DNA of 63,704 nt, filler included, from Rozella allomycis CSF55 (taxonomy: Eukaryota): the NCBI GenBank assembly GCA_000442015.1. It is 21 parts of 21 records of this genome, joined end to end, with 100 filler letters (N's around TTAATTAATTAA, not from the genome) between each part and the next. Parts side by side here need not be neighbours in the genome. Positions count along the whole stretch, not along the records: positions 53,525 to 58,289 come from KE561284.1; positions 58,390 to 60,626 come from KE561286.1; positions 60,727 to 62,561 come from KE561287.1; positions 62,662 to 63,704 come from KE561299.1; 17 more parts are not named here. One strand, written 5' to 3'. Position numbers and translations under genes: made by a program. The notes below the pieces were generated by a model. The model was not told the origin of the DNA. It saw nothing but the letters and a program-made list of their open reading frames with translations, and ran no database searches. This document shows, piece by piece, positions 53,889-63,704 of this stretch (its first letter is position 1; each line of letters begins with the position of its first letter).

Positions 53889-55015
53889 ATAAATTGTATT
53901 CTTTTTATCACAATTTAATCAAAGTATATTTTTTAATACTTTCATGAGCATCTTTTTGTATAAGCCAGTATTCATTTTAAGTGGGTGCAGTATCAGTCAG
54001 GACTAAGTATTGTGGATAATGAAAATTAGATTCAGGTAATTAAGTTCTTTAAATTAATTTTGTGATTTATTTATAAAATTCCTGTGGATTTTGACCTACA
54101 ATACCAATGTGTCTTTCAGATTTCTTTTGTTGAGGCCAGTGAAAATTTAATGATTCGTTTCGGTTAATGGCTTTTGTAAGACTACTTACTGGGAGGCAGG
54201 GCAATATTCAAGTGATTCGCTTCTAAGTTCTAGCATTGGTTGAAGTTTTCATTAATACTGAAAGATCAGATTCAGGCAGGTTTTAAGCAATGGTTAGTTA
54301 AGAGATAAATCAATTTTCCATATTGTCATTACTAACCTGCTCTATTTCATGGTAGTTTAAAGTAGTTACAGGATTGACATAACTTTCCATGTCCTATTTC
54401 AAAGAGCCCAGCGCTTTTATTGAAATGAATGAATGCATAATCTTGGTAAAATCTGATAGACTGATTTTTACATGTACAGCCTACCGAACCTGAAGACACT
54501 GGAGTTCGAAACCTAGTCGACGCATGCTAGAACGCTAGGTTTAATGGCCAACTGTGCCTTGATGAATTTTCGCTTCTTTAGAGTGTCATCACATTATAGT
54601 TCATAAAAAATAAGTTTATTGAGATTCATGAAAAAAGAGTAGTTCAGTTATAACTCTTGATCGAATTAGCAGAATAATGTCTTATAATAAAACTATTTAC
54701 CTCAGTAATGAATTGATCAAGAATACCCGATGACACAAATATTATTATTATTGAGTTACATGATAGTGAATTTTCTGATGAAATAATATAAGATAATTCG
54801 TAGAAAGGCATATCGCTTACTGGTTGAATGCATCAAAAAATGGCAAATGCTTCAACTTTGGGAATTCCTACTGCCAGTAACATTTGTTTCTTTCGTCAAA
54901 CTTTTAAGATGATAAAAATGCGTATCAGTGGAAAAATTCTATCTGAATCTTATGAATTATGCCTATGATGTTGAAATAAATTAAAAAAGTCACAATCATC
55001 TTGTAAATTTTCACA

Positions 55016-58000
55016 ATGAAAAAAATCACACCCTTGTCTAGACTCCAGTGTCCCTTACTTCAAATGAAATCTCTGATTTTCTTTTCTATTCTCTTGATCT
55101 CTATTATTTGTTTTGATATTAAACAATATATAAGAGATGATAAGGTCGAGAAAGTTGTTGAACTAGTTGACAACGCCAGCTACTATGAAAAGCGCCGTTA
55201 TTTGACTGCTAAAGTTTTAAGTTCTTGTTTTCGGAATCCAAGCGAAGCTAAAATAGAAATATTTAACTACTTGTTGAAAAGTGTTGATAAAATTGGCAAA
55301 CTTGATGTAATATTGACCGAAAATAACTTTCAACTTTTGTATGATTTAATGAAGATGACACTGACGAGTAAAGAATGTACAAGCCTTTGCCGAATTAGTG
55401 TTACTTTGGCAAATCTGTTTGCTTCGTCTCAGAGTGTTCGAAAAGGTTTAAGTGAAGTTGTTCTTCGAACGACAAAAGGAGATCTATCAGTTGACAATGT
55501 GGGTTATTTAGTCATGCCAATTTTAAGATCTATTCACAAATGCAATAAACTTAATATTGAAATAAGGTTCTTTGGTGGTTTCCTGACAAAGTTGGTGGAA
55601 GAGAATTGGTTTTTAATGATGCAAAATATTATTGAAGAGGAAAAAAACAGTGAGTTTGTGCATGCAATGATTGAATTTACTGAAAAGGAGAAAGAGATGA
55701 TTGATGAAAAGTTTGCGAGAACATTGATTGAATCCAAGCATAGAAATTTCTATATGCTGCATTTACTCAAAATTGTCGAATATTTTTCACTTGAAGAGAG
55801 ATTTGTCACGGTTTTGGGTGTACCTGAATTAAGAAAAGCTGTCGAAGAAGACGAATTCGAAGAATTTGACAAAATTCAAAGATTAGTGAAGCGCATGAGA
55901 ATTGAAAAACATGTCGCATCTTTTGATAATTACATTCTAATCCGTGAAGCATCTAGAAAGGAGATTTTAGATTTCTTTAAAATTCTTGTCGAATGGGATT
56001 ACGTAAATTCTTTGGCTTCTGAAAAGTATGAAATAATCAAAAATGCTTTTAATGATAAGAGATTACTGAATTATGTCTGTGAGAACTCTTCATTGCCAAC
56101 TATAATTATGAAGAGTCAAATTTCCAAAGAAAATAAAGTTTTCCAATTTTTACTTGAAAATTGTCAGGTTAATGATATGGCGCTTGGAAATATCATGGAT
56201 TTAATTATCAAAAACAATGATCGAACAATTTACGAAATTTTCAAATCTGTTGAAGCGGGGAAAAGATTCATAAATGAAAATTTTCACACTTACATTCTGA
56301 TGTCAGCTTCCAAAGAAAAAATAATGTTCTTTTATGACCTATTTATAATTAAAATGCACCTTCCTTTTACAATTCTAGAATCTGATTTTCAAGTATCTCT
56401 TAACAAGGCTATTATTAAATCTGATGATCCATTGAGTTTATTAGGAATTGTTAGTAAATTTTATGGACTGAAAATTTATCCGATATTTTTTAATTACGAT
56501 AATTATAACTTGGTTTATTCTCATATTTTAACATCCGAAGGGGATCTAGTCTTGAAAACTTGGTTTATTAATGTTGTTTGCCAAAAGGAAGAAACAATTA
56601 ATGATTTCATCTTTTCTATAAACTTTGATAAAGCTTCAATTCTTCATGAATTTATGGTTGATCAAAAATATTACAGATACATCGAAACACTTCCCTTATA
56701 TGTCCGTATATTACTAATGGACAGGAAAGGATTTGAATATCTCTTTCACAAGGACAACCTATTTTTTATGGAGTTTTATCAATCCACCTTTAAAAATCAT
56801 TTGGATAATGCAATGAGTTCAATAAATAAATTGAGAAACGAAGAAAATGTTTATGAATGGGTAATGGATTATTCTCGAAATTTCAAAAACTACCTTTCGT
56901 ATCATACATTGAAAGCTTTTGCTGAAATAAGCTCTCACATTCATAATGATAATGATTTCAATTCACAAATTGCTGATATTTTACAAAGTCACTGGGGAAT
57001 TATTAATCAGGACGTGAAATACATTGCTGAGTTATTAAAGCAAGAAACACCAACTGAAGAAAATTCATCATATTACCCTCCAATAGTGCAAAGATTTAAA
57101 GTTGGACCAGAGGGGGACGAAAAACAAATTATTGATTACGAAATTAAATATTTGGCAAATGTCGTGGAAAATCCTTTATCTTTTTGGAGACAGCTATATC
57201 ATTTGAATAGAATATATTCTGCCTTGATTGTTGTCGATGAATTGGTTTATTTCATTAAATATAATGATTTTATAAAAGAAAATTTTTTAGTTATGTGGAT
57301 TGAAAGATTAGCTGAAGTTTATCCACAATTAAAATCTGAAATTGTCAAAAGCAAAAATTTTCTATCACTACTGAAAAGTGAAAACATCTCTTTAGTTCTA
57401 AATTTCATTTACTCTCACCTCTTTACTGACTTTTATGAATTGAGATTATCTTCAAACTTAGCCGATGATTGTGGAGATCCATTTATTTATGAATATTGGG
57501 TACATTTAATTCGAATGTATCATTTCAAGCCTCCACACAAACTATATTTATTTGCTGATATGATATTCTTGCGTTATCCTCTTTGTTCACAAGGCAATTT
57601 CAAGGAATTTCTGACATTCACAATATCAAGAATGAGAGCTGCCTTATTCATACTGGAATATGAATTTTCGAAATTTAATCTGATTCATGCGATTGAAAAT
57701 ATTGAAAACAGTTTAACATCAATCAACTTGAAATTTCATCCTTTTTTTAAAAGAGTCTTGAACCTTAACGACGCTGATAATTTTTCATATATACTTACCG
57801 TCATCTTAAAAATCGATTTTTTTCAGAAGATTGATCAAAATATTATCGAACCAAAAGTTTATAGCCCAAAACAAATAGTATACAGCTGTCACTTTCATAA
57901 AGACTTTCATGTTTATTTTCGTGATTTCACGTTAGTTGGAAAACATTACACCGCTGACGATCTTGGACTAGATTTGCATTTTTTCCTAAACGATCAACGT

Positions 58001-58084
58001 TGTAAATTTGACAGAGCAATTTTGGAACGGCCACCTAACATTTTTACGTATTTTTTTACAAAATGGCTTCCCGAAACTTGGTAA
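55016..58084 (+). CDS. Large intronless putative secreted helical protein with degenerate ankyrin-like repeats
   Basis: 1022-aa ORF; signal-peptide-like MKSLIFFSILLISIICF from the second Met; VASFDNYILIREAS resembles the local ankyrin family. Confidence 0.7.
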   Translation: MKKITPLSRLQCPLLQMKSLIFFSILLISIICFDIKQYIRDDKVEKVVELVDNASYYEKRRYLTAKVLSSCFRNPSEAKIEIFNYLLKSVDKIGKLDVILTENNFQLLYDLMKMTLTSKECTSLCRISVTLANLFASSQSVRKGLSEVVLRTTKGDLSVDNVGYLVMPILRSIHKCNKLNIEIRFFGGFLTKLVEENWFLMMQNIIEEEKNSEFVHAMIEFTEKEKEMIDEKFARTLIESKHRNFYMLHLLKIVEYFSLEERFVTVLGVPELRKAVEEDEFEEFDKIQRLVKRMRIEKHVASFDNYILIREASRKEILDFFKILVEWDYVNSLASEKYEIIKNAFNDKRLLNYVCENSSLPTIIMKSQISKENKVFQFLLENCQVNDMALGNIMDLIIKNNDRTIYEIFKSVEAGKRFINENFHTYILMSASKEKIMFFYDLFIIKMHLPFTILESDFQVSLNKAIIKSDDPLSLLGIVSKFYGLKIYPIFFNYDNYNLVYSHILTSEGDLVLKTWFINVVCQKEETINDFIFSINFDKASILHEFMVDQKYYRYIETLPLYVRILLMDRKGFEYLFHKDNLFFMEFYQSTFKNHLDNAMSSINKLRNEENVYEWVMDYSRNFKNYLSYHTLKAFAEISSHIHNDNDFNSQIADILQSHWGIINQDVKYIAELLKQETPTEENSSYYPPIVQRFKVGPEGDEKQIIDYEIKYLANVVENPLSFWRQLYHLNRIYSALIVVDELVYFIKYNDFIKENFLVMWIERLAEVYPQLKSEIVKSKNFLSLLKSENISLVLNFIYSHLFTDFYELRLSSNLADDCGDPFIYEYWVHLIRMYHFKPPHKLYLFADMIFLRYPLCSQGNFKEFLTFTISRMRAALFILEYEFSKFNLIHAIENIENSLTSINLKFHPFFKRVLNLNDADNFSYILTVILKIDFFQKIDQNIIEPKVYSPKQIVYSCHFHKDFHVYFRDFTLVGKHYTADDLGLDLHFFLNDQRCKFDRAILERPPNIFTYFFTKWLPETW

Positions 58085-58732
58085 ATAAATATGTTTAAAT
58101 CAGTCATTGTCGGATGGGGAGTTTACGAGGCCTGTTGAGTTTTTATTTTCAGGTTTGTATTTTCTGAATCCTCTTCTTTTTTTAGACGCACACTGTCGAT
58201 CGTTTAAGGGGCGTTTGGGTTTCGAATCTTTTTTTTAATGTGTCGTACCAGGGATTCTCATCCCACCCTTCTTAGAATAATTATCAAAGNNNNNNNNNNN
58301 NNNNNNNNNNNNNNNNNNNNNNNNNNNNNNNNNTTAATTAATTAANNNNNNNNNNNNNNNNNNNNNNNNNNNNNNNNNNNNNNNNNNNNATAATGCAAAC
58401 AATTGAGATTTATAATGACAATAAATTAAGATGTATTCTAAAGATTTCAATTTCATGCGAAAATGCAAATTTGTAATCCGTATAGCTTTTTTTTTATTTT
58501 TGAACGTAAATTGTATCAAATTCGATTATTCGAGTGTGAATGGATAATGATCGTTAGATCCATTCTATATATGTCACGAAAACGGAAAAACAACAAAAAT
58601 ATGACATCGTATTTAATAAAATTTAAAGCTTTATTAAATTATTGGCATTTAGATGATTTATTTCTCTGCTTCTTTGTATTTTCACGAAAAGTTCCAGCCA
58701 CGCCATTTACAAGGGTCTGAAAATTTTTTGAA

Positions 58733-60626
58733 ATGACTACAGACTCTAAGCAGCTATATGATTTATTTCTGCACACGCTGCACCAGGACCAAAACCTGAG
58801 AATGCAAGCCGAATTGCACTTGAAGCAAGCGCTTCACCAGCCAGGTTTCATGTCATCACTTTTGCAGTTGATATCGAATGTGGAGGCTGATTTAGCCGTC
58901 CGTCAGGCAGGTAATAAAAGCGAATATTTTTGAGATAGCGACTGTGTATTTTAAGAATCGCTTGAAATATTGGGACGATAAGAATGAGCAAACGGGGCAG
59001 CCGGAGATATCGGAGGATGACAAGGTGTTTATTAAGATGCATTTTCTGAGTACTTTGGTGGCATCGCCATCTGTTGTGCAAACACAGTTGATATCGTCGT
59101 TGAGAAGTATTTTGCGCCATGACTTTCCTGAAAAATGGGTTAATTTTGTGCCTGATGTTGTGAGTTTGTTGCAGAGTGAGCAGTTGGCGAGTATTAAAGC
59201 TGGGATAATGGTGTCTGAAAAGATTGCGTGTTGGAGAGCGTATGATGCTGATTCGCCGAATGAAAAGATTAATGCGATGATTGCGCCTGATTTGCTTAGA
59301 TTGGCAAAGAATATAATTAGTAATATGGATGGGATACCTGATTCTGTGTTCTTGATGAGAACATTGTTTAAGGGGTATTTTAAGAGTATTCAGTTTGTGT
59401 TTCCGGTTTGTTTGCAGGATAGTGGAATGTTGAATGCATGGATTGAGATATTTATTAAAGCGTTTCAGTTGCCTTTGCCAGCTAATTTGATAGATCTTGA
59501 TGGGAATGAAGCGAGTGAGAATATTTACTGGAAGATGAAGAAATGGGCGTGTCATTGTATGAATAGATTGTTTACGAGATATGGCAATCCATCTAACCAA
59601 AGTGTGAGGGTGAATGTGAGTGATGAATTCGCAGCTACTTACAGCAAGACTGTAGCCAAGGTGGTTTTAGAGGTTTATCTTCAAGCGTTGAAGGGATATG
59701 ATCAGGATAAGAAGAATGGATATTTGACAACAAAGATTAGAGAATTGATTTGTGATTATTTGTGTTCAGCTACAGCGTTGAAGAGTACTTGGAAGATTAT
59801 TCAAGCCAACTTTGAGTTTATTTTGACTAGATTTATATTGCCTGAGCTTTGTTATTCCAAGGAGGATGATGAATTGTGGAATGAAGATCCTTATGAGTAT
59901 ATTCATAAAAAGTTTGATCCATTGGATGATGCCAGTGCGAGTACATGTTCAGTTATGAATCTATTGATTGATTTGGTTACTATTAGAAAGAAACATACAT
60001 TGTTCCCAACATTGACGTTTATTAATTCAGTGTTAAATCATTATTTGGAATCTAATGAAAAGGATCCAAGATCTAAAGATGGAGCCTTGTGTATGGTTGG
60101 ATCTATAGCGCATGTTTTATTGGCAAAGAAATCACAAGTGAGAAATCAAATGGAACACTTTTTGATGATGCATGTTCAACCAGAGTTATCTAGTCAATTT
60201 CCATTCTTGAGGGCTAGAGCTTGTTGGGTGATTGAAAACTTTTCTGGAGTTAATTTTACTAATGAAAGCAATGCATTGAGTTTATTTCAAGGGATTGCTA
60301 ATTGTTTACAAGATAAAGAATTGCCAGTTAAAGTTAGAGCAGCATCAGCTATTAGTGGATTGTTGCAAGTGGAGCAAGTTCAACATTCAATGAAACAATT
60401 TATTCCTCAATTGATGGAGATTTTATTGAAATTAACTAATGAAAGTGATATGGAAGCAACTTCAAGTGTTATGGAAAAGATTGTTGATTTGTTTCCAGAG
60501 CAAGTGATTCCATTCTCATTACAGCTTTGTTGTCAGCTAAGAGATACTTTTATGCGTCAGATGAATGAATACACAGCAGCTGAAGAAGAAGGTGAAGATG
60601 GATTCACTGATGGTCCAAGTGAGAAA
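58733..60626 (+). CDS. Importin-7/8 (Nmd5/Sxm1-like), 3' truncated
   Basis: VRQAATVYFKN, WKMKKWA, RLFTRYG, EDPYEYI, KDGALCMVGS, FLRARACWV. Confidence 0.92.
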
Positions 60627-61090
60627 NNNNNNNNNNNNNNNNNNNNNNNNNNNNNNNNNNNNNNNNNNNNTTAATTAATTAANNNNNNNNNNNNNNNNNN
60701 NNNNNNNNNNNNNNNNNNNNNNNNNNTTTCAGATCCACCGCAAATGGTTGTTATATTTGTATTAGTAGCTACTTAATGTATCTAAATACCCCTATGTTGG
60801 CCTTGATATCCGACCAAAATTTGACGATATTCATGTTTCAATGATTCAATTACAAAAAATAGTTGATGTTTGAAAATCTTTTTATTTGAATAATGATAAT
60901 TAATTCATAATTTTCTTTTTGGTTCTAGGTTTTGCTGTTTTTTCTGTGTAAGAATAATTGTGTGTTTACTTTGGATGACTGGATTATGATTTTCATTGTC
61001 GTCTTCTGAATCCACCAATAACTTGTCAATTTCCATTTCTTGTTCTTTTGTCAAGACGGGGACATTTGATTGTGATGATGGCTAATGTTA

Positions 61091-62561
61091 TCATATAGTG
61101 GCATTTACTTGATTGCAATTATCTATTTCCATCAAGATATCATTATTTTCATTTTCACTTAAAATATTTCCATCATCATTTGCATTTTTATCATCATTTA
61201 CATATGCATTTTTATCACTTGCGCTTCCACTACCTACAATGCCATCACCTCCACTACTATCACCTCCCCTTGTATTCCCACTACATCCCCTTTCATCACC
61301 TCCCCTTCTATTCCCACTACATCCCCTTTCATCACTTCCACTTCCATCACCTCCACTACCTAAATCCATAGAATCCAGCTTATCAACAATTTGCATTTTC
61401 TGAATGGCATCAGAGTGTAAAAGAATTAATTTCTTTTCAAATTCATCAGCAAAAGAAATCTTTTTAGACTTTGCCACAATGTCTATTAAATATTTGAATA
61501 ATTTTTCGTCGTGTAGCTTGTCTTGGTAGAGAGGGAGATGATTGAATAACTTTTTGAGAGATTTTTCGTTGAATGACAAGAGAGACAAGCAAAAGCCAAT
61601 GTGTCTCCAGTTGGATTGATTTGAATTATTTTTGAATCTGAGACAAAGTTTGTCAATGATTGAATCGTATTGTTTTTCCTTTTTGATGAAAGAAAAGATG
61701 AATTTCATAATGTAAAAGAAATCAGGATCAGATGTGTTTGACGATGATAGATTTGAAATAATGTCGGGAAGATTATTGTAAATGGCATTGTCTTTGGAGG
61801 AAAGTTCAGTGAAGAATAATTTGGCTAGATCTGAAATGTTTGAAGATAAACATTTTGCCATTTCAGCTAGTTGGCCTTTGACTTTGATCATTCCATTTAG
61901 AATAAGATGCGTCAAGACCATGAATGTATTCTTTTTAACAGACAAATGATTGTCAGATAATTTATTGTACAGAAAATGAATGTTTTGGTCTATTAGATGG
62001 TTGAAACAAATCGCCATGTCGCCAATAGCGATAACAATGTTTGACTTTATTATGGAGTTGTTTGATTTAGATAGAATGGTTAGCAAGAGTTGCAAATGGG
62101 ATTGACAATATTCAGAAGAAACACACATAAACTTGCATAGAGTAACATTAGCTACAATTTGCAATGTCAAATCCTAAATAGTAACGAATGAATATAATTA
62201 CATTGTAGACTTTATTGTTTGCACAAACCTGAGCTACCAAAGGCCCATAGATGGACAATAAAGAATTCTTGCCAAATAGCAATTCCTTTTCTTTAACAAG
62301 AGAAATCAAATCATTTAAATCATCATCAACGTTTCCAGTAACATTTTCAATGTCATCCAAAGATTTATTCGCATTTTTACTAGACTTAGATTTACAGTGA
62401 TGTTCAAGCAATTCCAAGTGCACCAACTGTTTAATTGCAACATGCCCAACTACAAACAACAATCTTGTCAAATTAAAAACTTTTCTATTTTCAATCATTT
62501 GCCTTGTCAATTCTTTAATTAAATCTCCACAAACTACATCTGGTTGATCACAAAGTAAATA
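61091..62561 (-). CDS. Condensin I subunit Cnd1/Ycs4 (CAP-D2), C-terminal part
   Basis: LFVVGHVAIKQ, LCKFMCVSS, KSNIVIAIGD, VLTHLILNGMIKVKGQL, IYNNLPDIIS. Confidence 0.93.
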
Positions 62562-62661
62562 NNNNNNNNNNNNNNNNNNNNNNNNNNNNNNNNNNNNNNN
62601 NNNNNTTAATTAATTAANNNNNNNNNNNNNNNNNNNNNNNNNNNNNNNNNNNNNNNNNNNN

Positions 62662-63330
62662 GTGAAGTTGAAAATTTGAAAGATAAAGATGGAGATATAA
62701 TTGAATTTGGGGGGTATTGTCTATGGGACGAAGAAGATTGGATTAGAAATCTTGGTGATGACTATCCATTTATTTACACCAAGCTCAAGAAATTCAAAGA
62801 AGGTATGGTTCAATTTTACAAATCCTTCGATGCTGATATTGTTTGGAATGTTTATTATGCCTTATTTTCAAACTCAAATGTTATTGAGAACGACCATTCG
62901 TTCGTGCTACTCGGGATTGTTGGAGATTGTATGACCCATACATTTACAATATGGTGGCGTTGATATGGTTTTGGTGACTGATACAACAATTGTTGGAATC
63001 AATGTGACCATTGCTAGCACACAAATAACAAGATTTTTCGAAATGTGGAAACCCATAGCGGATCAACATCACTTTTCAATTAAAGGTTTGTTTGTAGCTG
63101 GTGATGATTTTACTCATGAAGAAGAAAATGTCAAAGTTGTATACCTGAAAAATGTTTATCAAAAATTTTGGGAAGCTTTGCGTCCCCGTCAAATGCCTGA
63201 TGTTCAAGATTATGTTTGCTCGTGCTGTTCGAATTGCTCCTCAAAGAGATGTGGATGCAACAAGTCAGGAAACGTATGTAGTCAAAATTGCAAATGTGAT
63301 CCCGAAAAGGGTTTAAACAAAGTTGAATGA
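62662..63330 (+). pseudogene. Crinkler-type REase-fold effector C-terminus with a CXC domain, disrupted
   Basis: PIHLQYGGVDMVLV...GINVTI resembles PD-(D/E)xK CR-REase motifs; CSCCSNCSSKRCGCNKSGNVCSQNCKC; frame change and in-frame TGA near 62932. Confidence 0.5.
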
Positions 63331-63704
63331 TCCACCTCATCATTGCGCCGCTTACAAGCGCTATTGTGTGGTCAAATCACAGTTGATGGATTATATTTCC
63401 GTGTTTAAAGGCCATATCATGGATTATGTCAACATCGAAGCTGATGTTTGGGGATCAAATGTTGTGTGACCGCTTTGAGCTTTGATGTCGACATGGTCCA
63501 TGATCAAACCCTTTAATGCCCATGGCGGTGCTTGGAAGCCGATTGTTCGACCAACAAATCTTCCCTCGAGCTACTATCAATTAGAAGTCACATTCTTAAT
63601 ATACCCACAAGCAACCATAACGATCGACTACCACCTTAAATCTCTGTTCGAAAGCTTATCAACAACTGCAATGTCTGCCTCAATTTCTACACTGAATTCG
63701 GTCA

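Noticed and set aside
54481-54550. Hammerhead-ribozyme-like core (CTGAAGA...GAAA, hairpin aaacctag/ctaggttt), or a tRNA T-loop GTTCGAA
   Set aside because: Stem I does not pair, stem II lacks a proper closing pair, and no cloverleaf can be formed

Overview
AT-rich eukaryotic DNA. The window is 21 unrelated contigs joined by an artificial 100-bp linker (N44-TTAATTAATTAA-N44), so adjacency across linkers means nothing. Genes are densely packed, with very short GT-AG introns (about 26-31 nt). Flagellar genes (IFT52, CCDC39), fungal-like housekeeping genes and an expanded DPSA-x-DNYAI ankyrin family suggest a zoosporic early-diverging fungus such as Rozella (inference). Housekeeping genes: SNX-BAR sorting nexin, CSL4, DRE2, VAMP7, PRP4, CYT1, TFIIF-alpha, epsin, IleRS, mitochondrial EF-G, BMS1, importin-7 and condensin CAP-D2. 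Mobile DNA: a Ty3/Gypsy pol fragment and a TIR-bounded pogo-like element. Most striking observation: the only two long introns I found are perfect back-to-back chains of unit-size mini-introns with zero-length exons (28+27 nt in IFT52; 31+27+27 nt in CCDC39). Both are in flagellar genes, which suggests recursive splicing of tandem micro-introns. Also notable: a frame-required GT-TG intron in CSL4, a Gypsy RT-RNase H fused to a DIRS-type adenine-methyltransferase-like domain, a 1793-bp terminally redundant (circular or tandem) contig, and a plant-type core alpha-1,3-fucosyltransferase. All gene models and family calls are by eye; no searches were run.
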